The notes: generated by a model not told the origin, from the sequence alone. Positions 24,743 through 36,313 are shown, counted from the first letter of the stretch. The stretch is DNA of 64,000 nt from Octopus sinensis (GCF_006345805.1 NC_043000.1:41850001-41914000), one strand, 5' to 3'. Numbers and translations are program-made.

Positions 24743-24745
<3 letters not shown>
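23089..24745 (-). mobile_element. Non-autonomous Helitron (~1.66 kb)
   Basis: 5' A|TCTTATTATAAAAGGCAG at 24745 with subterminal hairpin GGCAGAT-aaa-ATCTGCC; same 3' hairpin-CTAG terminus as the other copies. Confidence 0.8.
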
Positions 24746-24775
<30 letters not shown>

Positions 24776-24777
<2 letters not shown>

Positions 24778-25998
24778 AAGGGTGCGTAAGGTATTTGAGG
24801 ACATACCATTTGGGGGTCATTGTTGCATATTTTGCCAAACTCTGTATAATCTTTGTTTCAGAAAATAATAATGACATACTCTCTGCTTACTCAAAAAATG
24901 AAGAGGCATGCTATTATTGTGGTTATAAAGGCTGAACATAACGATTTAGAAATATCTCGATTTTTAAAAGTTGCTAGATCTTTCGTCTACAAAGTTTGTA
25001 AGAAGCTAGAGACTGAAGATTAAAACGTACCATCAGTGTCAAAGCATAAAAAACATTCTAAACGCTTTGAAATCATCAAAACACCTGAATTTATCCAGCA
25101 AGTTCAACAGACCATTGATTACAATCCCAGAAACTCTATAAGGTCAACTGTAAAAGATCTCCATGTGTTAGAAATGTTGTCCACGAAGACATCCGATCTA
25201 AGTCTTATGTGATAGGGAAAGGTGAATTTGTCAGAAAAAGCAAAAGAAAATCACTACATTGGATCTAAAAGGCTCCTAAAGAAGCTGAAAATTCCAGCAG
25301 AAGATTTGATTTGGTTTTTCTTAAACGAGAAAAACTTCGACCAAGATCAAAATGTTAACAGAAGAAATGACAGATGGTTATGTGGAGACCCCTCTGAAGT
25401 CTCAAGTGTTATGCATACACAATTTCCTGCAACTGTCATGGTTTTAGGGGTTGTCAGCAATGAAGAACATGTGATGCCTTACTACTTTCCACAAGGCCTT
25501 AGAGTTATCTCTACCACCTATATTGAAGTCCTGGAAATAATTGTTAAACTCTTGATAGACTGCATGCAATGGAAGGCCATATGCGTTTCAGTAAGACTCT
25601 GCATTATCACACATAGCTCTAGTAACACAGGAATGGATGGCTGAAAATTTTCATGATCACATAGCCCCAAACATTTGACCTCCTAATTCCCCAGATCTCA
25701 ATCCATTGGACTATTACATGTGGAGGCTGTTGAGAGAGAGGTCAATGAACACGCCCATAACAGCAAAGATTCTTTGAAAGCTGCCATAGCCAGAGTAATG
25801 TCCAAAATGTATTAGGAGCATGTAGATGATTTAGATCTCATATAGAAGCAGTTGTTGAAGCTGAAGGTAGCTTTATTGAATAACATTACACGTAAAAAGG
25901 TTTATTTTTATCCTCTTTTTTGATAAATAAAGTTATCTGTTATCATATATCTGCTTTTTCTAAACGTAAATCTATCCTCAAATATCTTACGCACCCTG
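24776..25998 (+). mobile_element. DD37D (maT/Bmmar1-like) transposon, defective
   Basis: TA TSDs; TIR CA(AA)GGGTGCGTAAG(G/A)TATTTGAGGA. Second and third catalytic D separated by 37 residues: D-SALSH...PPNSPDLNPL-D. Confidence 0.85.
24871..25883 (+). pseudogene. DD37D transposase pseudogene
   Basis: N-terminal HTH-like MKRHAIIVVIKAEHNDLEISRFLKVARSFVYKV, then FFLNEKNFDQDQ, FPATVMVLGVVS, SPDLNPLDYYMW; several stops and frameshifts. Confidence 0.85.
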
Positions 25999-26155
25999 TA
26001 TATACTATATATATATGTGTGTGTATGTTTGCGTGAATGCCTATGTTTGTATGTATGTACGTGTGTGCATGCTTGTATATATGTAATAATAATCTATACG
26101 TATACAAATATGTAACCCATATGTGTATGTAGTTACTTACATATGTACAAATGTG

Positions 26156-26300
26156 ACGGCGCGTGGCCTGGTGATAAAGTTGTTGAGCTTATTATCATAA
26201 AGTCGCCGGTTGGCTTCTGGACTGCGTAACGTGTTTTGTCCTTAAGCAAGGCACTTCATTATACGTTGATCCAGTCTACTTACCAGTCAACAGGTATCAG
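26156..26300 (+). mobile_element. Degenerate CORE-SINE head
   Basis: ggcgcgtggcctggtgataaag...gtgttttgtccttaagcaaggcacttc. Confidence 0.45.
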
Positions 26301-26776
26301 GCTAGCGTTGTTGAAGCTCCCTCCTTATTCCATCTGTCACCTCGTCCTTTGACACACTTTCACGGCGACAAGAAAGGGAGGGTCGAAAGGCCGTCTGTCA
26401 CTGCTCCCAACTGCATAGGTACTTAAAACAATTAGTAAATGTATGCTATAAGCGATCAGGTCAAACTCGTACGTATGAACGTAATATCTTTATGCCATGT
26501 ACGTATGTAAATAGAAAAAGGTTCCATGTAATGTATGTATATAATGCAGAAACATTTAAGTAAATAGATTTAAGACTATTTCCCTTGTGAGTGCAACGAG
26601 GTATTGTGCACTGATTAACTCGCTTGTAAGGGTCACCATGTGATAGGTTGTTCGGGTTCCGCTGGAGACTAGCCTAACTTTTTTATTCTTTCGAAATATT
26701 TTCAAAAATTGAAACTCATTAATGCATACACACACACGTGTTTGAGCGCGCGGTGTGTGTGAAAGAGAGAGAGAAA

Positions 26777-26812
<36 letters not shown>

Positions 26813-27079
26813 TGTGCACGTGTGTGTGAGTGTGCGCGCGTATGTCAGTGTGCAAGTGTTGTGAGAGGCGCACAAGCATAAATTTTGTATGAAATACGTT
26901 TATGCATGTATGAGTTTCAATATATAGGCGTGTGTGTGTGTGTGTGTGTGTAAGCGCGTGTAATGTTTGTGTGTTAGTGTGTGTGTATGTGTGTGTGTTG
27001 ATACACTCATGTTTACGCGCGAAATTTCACATACACACATGCAAACACATGTGGCTTTAGATATCAATACTATATAATA

Positions 27080-28331
27080 CGAGGGGCGTTCAATAAGTAA
27101 TGCCCCTGACCCACTTTCCATAGCAGTAGAGTAACGACACTTGGCACAGTTATTAGTCTTTTCCTACATAGGAACTACCCAGAGTTATGCATTTCTCCCA
27201 TCGTTTGATACAGCTCTGGAGACCGTTTTTGTAGAAGACCCCAGCTTGTCCTCCAACCACGACGTGACTTCAGAAATCTAGGCTGCATCATCTGGGAAAC
27301 GCTTCCTTTCAAAATCAACTTCATGGCTGGGAAGAGTTGAAAATCAGAGGGTGCAAGGGGAGGAGTTCATAGCTGCACGCCTGTGCTTCTGATCTGGCGA
27401 CACGCGGGTTGTGGACCGGAGCGTTGTCCTGCAGGAGGAGGATGCCTTTGCTGATCTTGCCCAGCCTCTTGATTTTGATAGCTTCTCTTAATTTCCTCAA
27501 AAGTGAAGCATAATAGGCTCCTGTAATTGTGGTACCCTTTGCCAGGAAATCTGTCATCACTACTCCGTCCTGGTCCCAGAAGACTGTGAGCATAACCTTG
27601 TCAGCGGAGGCTGCACCCTTGCCTTCTTTGGAGGAGGTGAGTCACGGTACTTCCACTGCATTGACTGGGCTTTGGTCTATGGATCGTAGTGATGGACCCA
27701 GGTTTTATCCTGTGTGATCAGTCTTTTGAAAAATTTTGTCTCATCTTCTTGGCACATCTCCAAATTCATCCTCGAGCACTCAACGCGTTCTTGCTTCTGG
27801 AAAGGTGTGAGCAACCTGGAAATCCATCTGGTAGACACCTTTTGCATATGCAAATGGTCATGAATGATAGTTTCCACAGACCCGGTACTAATCTTGACCT
27901 TATGGTCTATTTGGCGAATAGTTATGCGTTGACCTTCCAAAATGGCAGCCTCAACTTGACGGACAGACGTCTCATCAACGGCAGAAGGGGGCGACCAGAT
28001 CTGGGAGCTGTTTCCACAGAGTTCCGACTATGTTTGAATTCACAATGCCAGCGTTTTACAAGGTCATATGATGGGGCATCATCACCATAAGTTACTTTCA
28101 TTTCATCAAAAGTCTCCCGTGGTGTGCGTCCTTTCAAATACAAAAACCAGATCACTGCTCGACACTCAACAGGCTCCATTTCACACTTGACTCAGTTCAA
28201 ACACCTGTAAATCAGAAACCACAATTAGTTTAGAGCTGTAATTCGCCACTTAATCTATAGAGTTATAAATAAGTGCACATGATCAAACAACTGCAAGTGG
28301 GTCAGGGGCATTACTTATTGAACGCCCCTCG
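27080..28331 (-). mobile_element. Full-length defective mariner, copy 2 (inverted relative to copy 1)
   Basis: Same TIRs and TA TSDs; ORF-track translations match copy 1 except ASR/APR; same lesions. Confidence 0.95.
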
Positions 28332-28483
28332 TATACAGAGCGAGAGAATAAAAGTGTTTAGAGAGAGAGACTAACGTTTTTATGATTAAAACACATAATT
28401 TGTCAATAGACACCAATTATGTTGAAATATATGTTAGTTATCTGTTATTACATCCTAAGTGAGATGTGTTTTTGCGGGAAATA

Positions 28484-29230
28484 CAAGGTGCATTCTAGAA
28501 GGTTTGAGACATTTTAGGAGACATTTATTAATATCTAAGAATTACAAATTTCCTTCCTAATAATATTTTCTGACTTTATTGCACTTATAGCGCTCCAGCT
28601 ACTTCGTGAAGTCCCAATAGAAGTCTTTCAGAATGAAGGGGTCTATGACCCTGGTCACAACCTCCTTTATCTTCAAAACTACTGTACTGAGATTCTTCTT
28701 CCGCTTAGGAAGCAACCAAAAGGACTGTAGGGAAGGTGAGTGGCAGTTTTGATTTTCGTCAATGAGCACAATGTTTGCGCCTCTCCAGAACTTCACGAAT
28801 AATTCTGTGTACAGTTGTCTCACCAAGTCCAAACTGGAAGCACATTATTTTTACAAGCAAACGTCAATCTACATCCAGAAAATTGCGAATATTCTCAAAC
28901 AACAGTCTACATCGAGAAAATTGCGAATATTCTCAAACAACAGTCTACATCGAGAAAATTGCGAATATTCTCAACTAGATCTGCTATTTTGACGTCCCTG
29001 CCTCTCGCACCTCTTATCGTCTCTCACCTCCTCTCTACAGTTCTTGAACATCTTGTGCCAGCGAAAGCTAAGCCATAAGCAGTCTGGAGCATTTCCCAAG
29101 TTCATGCAGCGTTTTGGGCATAGCAAGATTCCAAATTCTCTTCATGCACCGACTGCATTCTGCAAATCAGTCAACTGTGACAAGCAGTGTTTTGTAGGGT
29201 GTTGTTACAACCATCTCTATTAACTTATCA
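28484..29230 (-). mobile_element. Second mariner family, internally deleted remnant
   Basis: Minus strand FRWHKMFKNCREEVRDDKR (N-terminal), VHRIIREVLERRK, then directly C-terminal FWLLPKRKKNL...KEVVTRVIDPFILKDFYWDFTK*LERY; TA-CAAGGTGCATTC at the left end. Confidence 0.65.
28865..28976. repeat. 38-bp tandem repeat, 3 copies
   Basis: CAGTCTACATCGAGAAAATTGCGAATATTCTCAAACAA, period 38 (tctac at 28868, 28906, 28944). Confidence 0.9.
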
Positions 29231-29582
29231 TCTTTCTTTCTCCCCTCTCTCTCTCTCTCCCTCTCAATACACACACTCGCACACATAAATACACACACAT
29301 GCACACACATTAATGTTTGTTTAATTTTCAGTTATAACAAAAACAATTTTACATTGATCTGAAGTGTTACCCTATACTTTTGTGCAGTACAAATTTATTT
29401 ATTCTTGAATAATGATGTTGTTGACAGTGACTTCGAAGTGTCGGTCAACTGCAGTTCGACCATGGCTTGCCTGGTCGAAACTTGGAAGGCACTGTTAACA
29501 TTCTTCTTTATAAATAGCATGTGCGCGCGCGTGTGCGTGTCTGTATGTGTATGTGTATGCGTGTGCGTATGTGTGTGAGAGA

Positions 29583-29635
<53 letters not shown>

Positions 29636-29715
29636 CAAACAGAACCAAAGAAACTGGTGTCAGCATGCTTCTGCAAGACTTTCATTGCAATCATTCATTT
29701 CTCTCCTTTCAACAT

Positions 29716-29750
29716 TTCCTTGAAGAAGGACACGGTCCGAAACGTTGTAA
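29716..29750 (+). ncRNA. Variant minimal hammerhead motif
   Basis: TTCC-TTGAAGA-A-GGAC(acg)GTCC-GAAA-CG-T-T-GTAA: C3U core change, extra A, 3 of 4 stem I pairs. Confidence 0.4.
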
Positions 29751-29948
29751 TTTCCACTCACCACGGCTCGTTTACACTATTCTTTTTTTAATCAATTTAA
29801 CTCTCTATGTGTGGGTATGTGTGTATGTGTACCTGAGTGCATGCTTGATTGCGTATGTGTGTACGTATATATGTGTATGTGTGTGTGTGCGCATGTCCTG
29901 TATGTGTATGTGTGCGCATGTCTTGTATGTGTGTGTGTGCGCATGTCT

Positions 29949-29989
<41 letters not shown>

Positions 29990-29992
<3 letters not shown>

Positions 29993-30180
29993 ATCACCGC
30001 TTGACAACCGGTGCTTATGTGTTTACCCGCACCCCAAAACTTAGCGGCTCGGCAAAAAAGACCTATAGAGCAAGTACCAGAATAAAAACAATGAATATTG
30101 GGGTCGATTCATTTGACAACAAAAATTCTTCAAGGCAGTCTCCCAACATGGCCGCAGTCTAATGACTAAAACAAATAAAA
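29990..30180 (+). mobile_element. Family B SINE 3' half
   Basis: accgcttgacaaccggtgc...cttagcggctcggcaaaa...catggccgcagtctaatgactaaaacaa. Confidence 0.75.
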
Positions 30181-30410
30181 AATAAACGGTATATACACAT
30201 TCTGTTGTGTCTGGGGAGAGTCTTTTTCTTTTTGTGCCTTATAATTTAACACACTCCCCGGTAAAATTTCCACTTATTTCTTATTTTTATTTTCCTAAAA
30301 TTTTCGTTGCGTCTTGCAACCTTTTCCGTTATTTACACTGCGTTCCTTTTTGATTGTTTGTGCGCATGTGTGTGGGTCAGTGTGTGTGTGTGCCTATGCA
30401 TGCATGAACG

Positions 30411-30414
<4 letters not shown>

Positions 30415-30444
<30 letters not shown>

Positions 30445-30550
30445 TGTATGTATGTATGTATGTATGTACGTATGTATGTATGTACGTATGTATGTATGTA
30501 TGTATGTATGTATGTATGCATGTATGTATGCATGTATGTATGTGTGTATG
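30415..30550. repeat. (GTAT)n microsatellite
   Basis: Long tetranucleotide run within a larger TG/TA-rich low-complexity tract. Confidence 0.9.
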
Positions 30551-31018
30551 TATGTATGATTGTGTGTATGTAAATATATGTGTGTGTATGCATATGTATA
30601 TATGTATGTATGTGTGTGCATTTGTATATTTGTATTCTACATATTCATGTGCATGCATGTCCGTGTTTGTGTATTTTCTATGTATGTGTGCGTGAGCGTG
30701 TGTTTGTATATGTATGCAACTGTGTCTCCTTGCATGTGCATGTCTGTGTGTGTGTGTGTGTGTTTTGTAACTATGTACCATGTTTGTATGTATAGCTGTG
30801 CATCTATATATGTGTGGACCCGTGTCTCCATATGCGTCCTTGTGTGAAGTAAAGTGTTTGTGTATATATGGTCATGTGTTTCAGTTTCCATTTGCGTATG
30901 TGTGCTTATCTGTTCTTATAACCTATGTACCTATCCGTCTGTATACACACATATATATATATGTATGCATGCATGTATAGTGAGGAAACAGAGAGAGATA
31001 CAGAGGAGAGAGAGAAAT

Positions 31019-31050
<32 letters not shown>

Positions 31051-31622
31051 TGAGAGAGAGAGAGAGAGAGAGAGATTAGTGTGCTCTCGATGGCGATAGC
31101 AATGCTGATATAACTATTAAAAAAAATAATAAAAATATTGAAAATTTTGCCTGAGAAATATTCAGTTGCACCTCGTATTTCCATTTTAAAATGCAAGGCT
31201 TTAAACAACATGAGTCAGAAATATAAAAAGTACACGTCCTTCCTGTTGTCGCGTCAAATGCGTGTGTATGATATTCGAATTACTGAGTGTGCTGCAGAGG
31301 TTTGGAATTCAGAGTTGTGCTTTATGTTCCGTGGGCTATCAATGTCAGAACGGATTGACATATATTCACGGAGGAAGTGGGTAAAGTATTGTGATGCTGC
31401 ATAATTATAGTATCTCATTCACACTTGTTCAATCCAAGCCTGTTGTTAATTATGTATAATTGTACGCGTTAATAGTGTACAGTTGTGTGCATTGACCAAG
31501 AGGACTTCTGTCACAGGTTACTTGATGTCACGGTCTATGGAATAAATGATAACTGCGATGTCCCTGTTCACGTGCCAAAATTAGAAACGCTTTTACTATT
31601 GTTATTATTATTATTGTTAGTT

Positions 31623-31668
<46 letters not shown>

Positions 31669-31685
31669 CAGCAGCAGCAGCAGCA

Positions 31686-31849
31686 ACATTCAGTTGTCTT
31701 ATTTTTATCACGTGCTTTCACTGCACTACCGAGCGCACCTATGTGCCTTGGGTATGTGCTATGGTTTGTTGTGATGCTCTTATTGTTACTGTATTGAAAG
31801 TGTTTTACTTAAGATGTGTGCGGTGCCTAGCAGTGCTATCTTCTGTATG

Positions 31850-31887
<38 letters not shown>

Positions 31888-32250
31888 TTTTTGTCCTGGT
31901 GTTTTGGTATATATTTGTCTAAATATTTTTATCATACCTAATGCGCCTACTATGATAGGAATTGTTTCTGCTTTTAGACTCCACATTCGAGTTACCTCTA
32001 TTTCCAGATCTTTGTATTTTGTAAAATTCTTCGTTTCTTTTAGAGAAACACTGTCATCTGTTGGTATTGATATATCGATTAGAAAGCATAATTTTTTCTT
32101 GATGATCTCTGATAACTATATCCAGCCTATTGGCCTTAATTTCTTTGTCTGTGTGTATTGGCATAACCCAGAGAATGGTTGCTTTCTCATTTTCTCAGAA
32201 CGTTTTTGGTGTGTGCCGATACCATCTTTTTTCTGTTGCTATTCCATAGT
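31686..32250 (-). mobile_element. RLE-type non-LTR retrotransposon 3' fragment (R4/Dong-like)
   Basis: Frameshifted TEKRWYRHTPK..ENEKATILWVMPIHTDKEIKANRLDIVIRD..IDISIPTD..KYKDLEIEVTRMWSLKAETIPIIVGALG..IQKIALLGTAHIL; interrupted by (TA)n and flanked by trinucleotide repeats. Confidence 0.85.
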
Positions 32251-32260
32251 ATCGTCGTCG

Positions 32261-32303
<43 letters not shown>

Positions 32304-32417
32304 ATATAAGAGAGATTCTGTTCCTTTGTTTGTCCAGCAAAATGAAGCTAAATGGTTCAGGGGAAGCTATTATATTTTTTTCGATGTATACAAAATCAAA
32401 ATTCTGTCACTTTCTTT

Positions 32418-32717
32418 CTCCAGCAACATGAAAGTACCTGTTTCAGGGAAGCTCTTATGCTATTGCCTAATTTGTCCCAACAAAAATTATGCAATGGTAC
32501 AACACTAATTGTGCACAAACTTATGAGGAACTGCAATGAGGCAAATATTCTCACTTGGTTTTGGTAAAGGTGACACCGTCTTCGTTTCTCGTAAACCAGT
32601 TACATAATCTAATGTTCCATTCCGTTACAGTTTCCTATCCTACTTTCTTTTGCCATGAGCATTATCAAAACTCAGGACCAAACATTAAAAGTTGCTGGAT
32701 TGCAACTTGAAGAACAT
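32418..32717 (+). pseudogene. Helitron-type PIF1 helicase remnant, C-terminal segment
   Basis: MLLPNLSQQKLCNGTTLIVHKLMRNCNEANILT, GKGDTVFVSRKP, LQFPILLSFAMSIIKTQDQTLKVAGLQLEE, compared with consensus MLLRNL..LCNGTRL and QFPVRLAFAMTINKSQGQT; frameshifts and a stop. Confidence 0.85.
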
Positions 32718-32856
32718 ACCTATTTAAATGATGTGTATTCTACAATTGCCATTACTGTATTCATAAATATAATGAGACATACAACTCAATTATTACTGTC
32801 ATATAATAAACAAACAGAAGTTCATGTATGAAACTGATTATTTTTCTACTTCAGTT

Positions 32857-33084
32857 ATGAGATCGAGGCTTTCAAAAGATCAATCAGTTGAACTATTTGC
32901 AGAGCAGATTTTGAAACTCAGTGAAGGTTGAGTTCCAATTGATGAAGAACAGTTTCTTACACTCAGTCCAATATATAATTCAACTGATTCTGTCGCTGAT
33001 TTGGTGGATGAAATCTTTCCAATTCGCCTTCATAATTTCAACAATACAATTTGGATCTGCGAGCGACTTATCCTGGCTCTAGAA
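32857..33084 (+). pseudogene. Helitron-type PIF1 helicase remnant, normally more N-terminal segment
   Basis: MRSRLSKDQSVELFAEQILKLSEG*VPIDEE...LVDEIFP...WICERLILA, compared with consensus NMR..F...LL.IG.G...VFP...WL.ERAILA. Confidence 0.75.
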
Positions 33085-33349
33085 TATATTGCTTAATTAT
33101 TTAAATATATCTAGCATTAACGAATTTGCGAAAATTAAGATGAATGTTAGAATAATTCTTGTACTAATATTTATTTGCATGGAGCTATATCGAAGCCTTG
33201 TCAGAAACTGCAGGAGCCCCAACCTCCTGTCCACAAGATATCGGAATTTGTTCTTACTTGAACATAATTACTATACATTGATTACTACACACTTATTTTA
33301 ACATTACTGAAATGTTAAAAGACGAAATCGACTTGACTGGATTTGAATC

Positions 33350-33535
33350 CCAAATGGTAGAATCGTTAGCGAGTCGGACAAAATGCTTAGTGCTATTCCT
33401 TCCGGTTCTGTATGCTCGGAATTGAAGTTCAGCCGAGGCTGACTTTTCCTTTCATCGTTCTCATGATCGACGAAAAGAGAACCAGCTAAATACTGGTGTT
33501 AATCGCTTGTCTTGTCCCAAAATTTGAAACCATTA
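33350..33535 (+). mobile_element. Degenerate family A SINE
   Basis: tggtagaatcgttagcgagtcggacaaaatgcttag...gccgaggctgacttttcctttcatc. Confidence 0.65.
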
Positions 33536-33704
33536 GTATTATTATCCAACAGAAATCAAACATGAGATACCTTTGAAAAGATTTCCTTGACACCAGGTTA
33601 CAACTAGATTTATTAGAAGCTATTTCGCACAATCGTTGATATACGTAACGGCAGATTTCTATATTAATGCAATTTTCCAAGTTACTACAATCTCAAATTA
33701 TTAC

Positions 33705-33890
33705 GATCATTTTTAGCACGCCAGACAAATTGCACGACAATATTTCTTCCTGCGTTACGTTATGAGTTCACATGTCGACTTTACCTTTCAAATCCTTTCG
33801 GGATCAGTAGAATAATTATTTGCTGAGTACTGGAGTCGATGTAATCTGCTAGCCCCGTTCCCTAAAATTTTAGGCCTTGTGCCAATAGAA
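33705..33890 (+). mobile_element. Degenerate family A SINE
   Basis: ttagcacgccagacaaatt...ttacgttatgagttcacatgtcgactttaccttt...ggccttgtgccaatagaa. Confidence 0.65.
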
Positions 33891-33895
33891 TATAT

Positions 33896-33912
33896 CATCA
33901 TCATCATCATCA

Positions 33913-33965
<53 letters not shown>

Positions 33966-33992
33966 GTTGTTTATTATTATTATTATTATCAT

Positions 33993-34045
<53 letters not shown>

Positions 34046-34114
34046 TTATTGTTGTTGTTATTGTTATTGTTATTGTTGTTGTTGTTGTTGTTGTCGTCGT
34101 CGTCGTTGCTGTTG

Positions 34115-34149
<35 letters not shown>

Positions 34150-34150
34150 T
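33896..34150. repeat. In-phase compound trinucleotide microsatellite (CAT/TAT/TAC/TGT/CGT)
   Basis: Consecutive pure blocks whose motifs mostly differ by one base. Confidence 0.9.
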
Positions 34151-35163
34151 CCAACGTTCTTTATTGTTCCTGTTAATCCAATATCCCTTCCGTACACCAC
34201 CATCATTGAAAAACATACAAATATACAAAACTCTAGCATATGATGATGATAATCATCATCATCATCATGATCATGAAAAAACTAGGGGTTGGTGTTAAAG
34301 TTATAAGGATAGGGAATATGAGCAAAGGGGTGTGTGGAAAGGAGCTATGAGATTGAGGACGAAGAGGGAGTGAAGAATAAAAGGGAAATAATAATAATAA
34401 TAATAAATATTACATTCTTCAGGTAATATAAGAAACGTTTGCAAACAAAGACAGAAAATTTTATGATTTCACTTTCTCCGCAATTTATTTGGGGGTCTTT
34501 TGTTCTTTTGTGCTTTTTTTCTTTTTTGCTGATAGGAGTTTTTTCTTATCATCCAAATATTTGACTTGCTTCTCCAACTCATCCCACCCACCCCCTCTGA
34601 ATTTATTTCTCTGTCTGTATGTCTGTCTCTCTGTCTCTCTCCCCTCTCTTTCTCTCTGTTTGCCTTAATATTTCACGTGTCATATATCTTATATTCCCTT
34701 TCAACTGTAGACACTTTGTCGTTGATTGTTGTTATGACTGTTGCTGTTGTTGTTGTTGTTGCTATTATTGGTGGTAGTGGTGGTGCCGGTGGTGCTATTG
34801 TCGTTGTTCTTTGTTTTACTTTCTTTCTCTCCGAGTCCACACTCTTCCCACCTCTCCGTCACACCGAACGTATACACACCCTAACGGACGGACTTTGTCA
34901 AATCATGCGCACGTAACACAAGTATAAGACCAAACGGTTACCTGACACACACCCAAACACACACACAAACGCACCTGTATTCGGGTATACATACACACAT
35001 ACACACACACATCTATATATATTTTATATATACACACATATATTTACATATGAATTCACATATATTTATATGGGTATGTATGTGTGTGTATTTACATAGA
35101 TATCCGTGTGCATATACATCAGTGTGTATGTATCTATGTATATGCACAAATATGTATGTATAT

Positions 35164-35202
<39 letters not shown>

Positions 35203-35255
35203 GTACATATGGGTGTGTTTTCATTATAATTACTGATATATGTGTGTGTGCTTAT

Positions 35256-35292
<37 letters not shown>

Positions 35293-35365
35293 ATATATAT
35301 ATATATATACACGTACATATGGGTGTGTTTTCATTATAATTACTGATATATGTGTGTGTGCTTAT

Positions 35366-35422
<57 letters not shown>

Positions 35423-35529
35423 CATATGTGCGTATGCATGTATGTAGATAGATAGATACATACATACATATATATATATATTCTTACGCTTAGGTATATA
35501 TATGTATGACATACATGGATACATACATT

Positions 35530-36237
35530 ATGCATACATACAGACATGCATACATACATACATGCATACATACATACATACATACATGCATGCATACATA
35601 CATACATACATACAAACATACATACATACATACATACATACATACATACATACATACATACATACATACATACATGCATATATATACATACATACATGCA
35701 TACACACCATCGCAGGAACGACTGGGCGAATAATTGGCATTCTTAACACTACGCCATCTCAACCATTATTTTTACGATTAGCCACAGACGGCCTCTTGCA
35801 TTGTACCTTTTCACCTGTTGATAATCTACCTTTGAAGCTGACACAAATTGTACATAAAAGATGAATAATCCCCACGCTTACAACCATATTTGTCCTTCTT
35901 CGCCACGCACCTCCAAAACATAGCACTCCTTTAGACTCAGAAAACAAAAAAATGTTGTAAATCGCTTTCTCACCTTCATTACGTACACGCGCGTATGGAT
36001 ATATATATACATGCATACATAAATATATAGATACATGTATGCATAAAGACATACACACATACATACATACATACATACATACATACATACATACATACAT
36101 CCATACATACATGCATGCATGCATGCATGCATACATACATACATACATACATACATACATACATACATACATACATACATACATACATGCATGCATGCAT
36201 GCATACATACGTACATACATACATACATACATACATA

Positions 36238-36268
<31 letters not shown>

Positions 36269-36313
36269 CAGTGCAATTCGCTAATTAACTGGGTGAGGTA
36301 GCAAAATAGCCAC

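Noticed and set aside
28865-28976. Regular 38-bp repeats resembling a CRISPR array
   Set aside because: Contiguous tandem copies with no unique spacers, inside a mariner remnant in eukaryotic DNA.
35698-35714. 17-mer TGCATACACACCRTCGC after (CATA)n, shared with 59821-59837
   Set aside because: Mostly microsatellite-derived bases, and the sequences diverge immediately; too short to call a shared junction.
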